Positions 34,503-36,316 of a DNA stretch of 36,316 bases are shown piece by piece (position 1 is the stretch's first letter; each line of letters opens with the position of its first letter). The DNA comes from a virus (taxonomy: Duplodnaviria > Caudoviricetes). Under the pieces are notes generated by a model that was given only the letters and a program-made list of their open reading frames with translations, searched no databases and was not told where the DNA came from. The stretch is from IMG/VR virus record IMGVR_UViG_3300044676_001103, positions 1 through 36,316 of that record; one strand, 5' to 3'. A program made the position numbers and the translations under genes.

Positions 34503-36243
34503 CTTGCACACCTCCTAAGAGTAATGATCTTATATCTGGTGCAGGACCTTGTGGTACTGGTTGTCCACCGCCCATCATTTGATCAAGTAAGGCAGCTTCA
34601 CCTTCTGGAACTTCTGGTTCCTCTGCTGTATAAAATTTATCTAGTATTGCTTGCATAGAGTTAGGATTTTTGTAAATCTGTACTAACGCCATTGTTGCTT
34701 TAGGATCACCTTGACTTGCTTGTACCTTTAATGTTTCAAACAATGTACGTTCTGCTTCGTCTTTTAATATTCTATCGTTAATCTTTTGTACATTATCAAG
34801 TCCGTCCATGTTTTCTTGTAATGTCTCTTTGTCAATTATTCCTGCTTGCAATAACTGTAAACCAGAGACAATCTTTGTTGGCTCATCAAATCCTGCCATA
34901 ACTCCATACACACGTCTAGTCTTGTACATACCTTGTATGTCTGTGCTAGGTGTATATTGTTCTGCATACGCTGTGCCTTTTAAATAACCTGCTAATGGTT
35001 TTTTCTTGTTACCATTTAATACTTCGTCCATCTCTAAACGTTTATAATCTAGTTCTTCCATTGCTGTTTTTAGTGCTAACTGATATTCTTTTACGTTTAG
35101 ATCAACGGACGATAGTAACTCTTGTAATCCCCTACCTGTAACAAATGAGTTAGGAGATATAGCGTCATCACTAACTGGATAGCTTGATCCAACACGAAGT
35201 TGTCGTTCTATCCTGTCTATCTGTTGAAACAACTGATATGGAACATTATTTGGTGGTTTAGCGACTTGTGAACCTGGTGTTAAATAGTTGACTGCAAATC
35301 TACCGCGCTTGTAGTTCCCACTCTCTAATTCACCAATAATATTCGTTTCTGTGAATACACTGTCTTCCATAGCAATTATGGACAAGACGTTAATCTTTGC
35401 CATAGCTGCCATCAAACCTAGTACATGATCATATTGACCAGATAATCTATCAAAGCTAAATCTTTTAGATATAACAAAACGTGGACCTGATTTAAGAGGA
35501 TTAGGTGTAAAATCTAATATTTGTTTTGTGTCAGGTAAAAATACGTATGTACCATCTTCATCATAAAACTCTACAAGTTCTGTACCGTCAGCTAAATGAT
35601 TATCCCAACCTCTTTGGAAACCGTCATGATATTTAAACTTACTATAACCTGATGGGAATTGACTTGACTCATCAACCATAACTTGTGCTTGTGGGTACAT
35701 GCTTTTAATTACAGCGTTAGGTACAAGTCGTATAAGTGCTAATTCTTTTGGATCTTGGTCTGGTCCGTAATATCCTGGATAACAATCATAAGGATCACGT
35801 AGTTCTGCGTGTGGGTACATAATGCCATCTGGTGACATCTTTTGTCTTATAATCCATACACAAAAACCATAACCAGGCAACCATCTAGCTGCTTGTGGTA
35901 ACTGCATATCCATTTTAGAATTGCTATCTAAGTTACTAACTATACGTTCTAACTTCTCTGCTTTGTTTTTAGCACGTTCACTCTCTGCGTAAGCGTCTAC
36001 TTTTATGTCTGGCATACGTCCTAGTTTTTGTGCTAAGTGTTCTAAACCTGAATTAATAAGATTAGGTATTGGTAAATCAATGTCGTAATTCTTTGCGCTT
36101 TCACCTAACAGTGCAGCAATACCATTGCTACCACCGTTCATGATTGATCTGACTCTATCACGATATTCATAGTGTCCACTATGTTCGTGCATTCCTTTTA
36201 GGTCGTCAGTCTTAATTAATAATTCGTCTGGGGTATACACCAT
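34495..36243 (-). CDS. Portal protein, start revised to ATG 36243
   Basis: 582 aa, portal-like layout (YG..VW, DPYDCYP, TGRG..EL, Q/P-rich C-terminus). TAATG overlap with the upstream gene. Confidence 0.85.
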   Translation of the reverse strand: MVYTPDELLIKTDDLKGMHEHSGHYEYRDRVRSIMNGGSNGIAALLGESAKNYDIDLPIPNLINSGLEHLAQKLGRMPDIKVDAYAESERAKNKAEKLERIVSNLDSNSKMDMQLPQAARWLPGYGFCVWIIRQKMSPDGIMYPHAELRDPYDCYPGYYGPDQDPKELALIRLVPNAVIKSMYPQAQVMVDESSQFPSGYSKFKYHDGFQRGWDNHLADGTELVEFYDEDGTYVFLPDTKQILDFTPNPLKSGPRFVISKRFSFDRLSGQYDHVLGLMAAMAKINVLSIIAMEDSVFTETNIIGELESGNYKRGRFAVNYLTPGSQVAKPPNNVPYQLFQQIDRIERQLRVGSSYPVSDDAISPNSFVTGRGLQELLSSVDLNVKEYQLALKTAMEELDYKRLEMDEVLNGNKKKPLAGYLKGTAYAEQYTPSTDIQGMYKTRRVYGVMAGFDEPTKIVSGLQLLQAGIIDKETLQENMDGLDNVQKINDRILKDEAERTLFETLKVQASQGDPKATMALVQIYKNPNSMQAILDKFYTAEEPEVPEGEAALLDQMMGGGQPVPQGPAPDIRSLLLGGVQGA

Positions 36244-36316
36244 TACCAAAAAACCTCGTTGTATTCACTTTGCTTATAATAGCTATACGAAGGAGTATAG
36301 TCGCTTTCTGCTTCAG
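36243..36316 (-). CDS. C-terminal fragment of upstream gene, probably terminase large subunit
   Basis: Open frame ...EAESDYTPSYSYYKQSEYNEVFW* whose TAA overlaps the portal ATG. Identity inferred from synteny only. Confidence 0.45.
   Translation of the reverse strand, partial: EAESDYTPSYSYYKQSEYNEVFW

Larger units (their letters stand above)
1..36316 (-). mobile_element. Tailed bacteriophage genome segment (podovirus-like, probable actinobacterial host)
   Basis: Co-oriented, tightly packed portal, scaffold, capsid, tail, lysis and early genes. No tape-measure, sheath, integrase or host housekeeping gene seen. Confidence 0.95.

Noticed and set aside
1945-35141. All plus-strand ORFs in the ORF track (for example 6946..7353, 7071..7727, 18346..18825, 33379..33795)
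   Set aside because: They are antisense shadows of minus-strand genes with Ser/Phe/Leu-rich low-complexity translations and no recognisable motifs.
1-36316. Genome-wide amber (TAG) recoding suggested by the in-frame TAG at 5939
   Set aside because: TAG ends several genes cleanly at gene boundaries (463, 5253, 11934, 16091, 26659) and long ORFs are intact in the standard code.

Overview
Low-GC DNA (roughly one third G+C by eye) from a tailed phage with podovirus-like gene content, most plausibly infecting a marine actinobacterium such as Ca. Actinomarina (host is inference). All supported protein genes are on the minus strand, many coupled by TAATG/ATGA overlaps. In transcription order (right to left): probable terminase C-terminus, portal, about 15 kb of putative ejection/internal virion proteins, scaffold, major capsid, adaptor, nozzle, modular tail fibre genes, an AT-rich variable island, a membrane-protein module, small basic proteins, a lysis cassette (DUF5675 enzyme, r1t-type holin) and a metallophosphoesterase. 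A regulatory intergenic region follows, then early/replication genes (SSAP-like, SET, HTH). Main observations: (1) a 1595-aa polyvalent protein carrying GNAT, Nudix and a split ADP-ribosyltransferase-like module in the ejection block; (2) two divergent candidate small RNAs with anti-Shine-Dalgarno-like motifs, driven by overlapping promoters at the late/early junction; (3) several structured RNA elements; (4) about ten micro-ORFs missed by the ORF track, including a 14-aa Cys-rich peptide overlapping a hairpin that includes the first base of the next start codon. All family assignments are motif recognition by eye, with no database searches.
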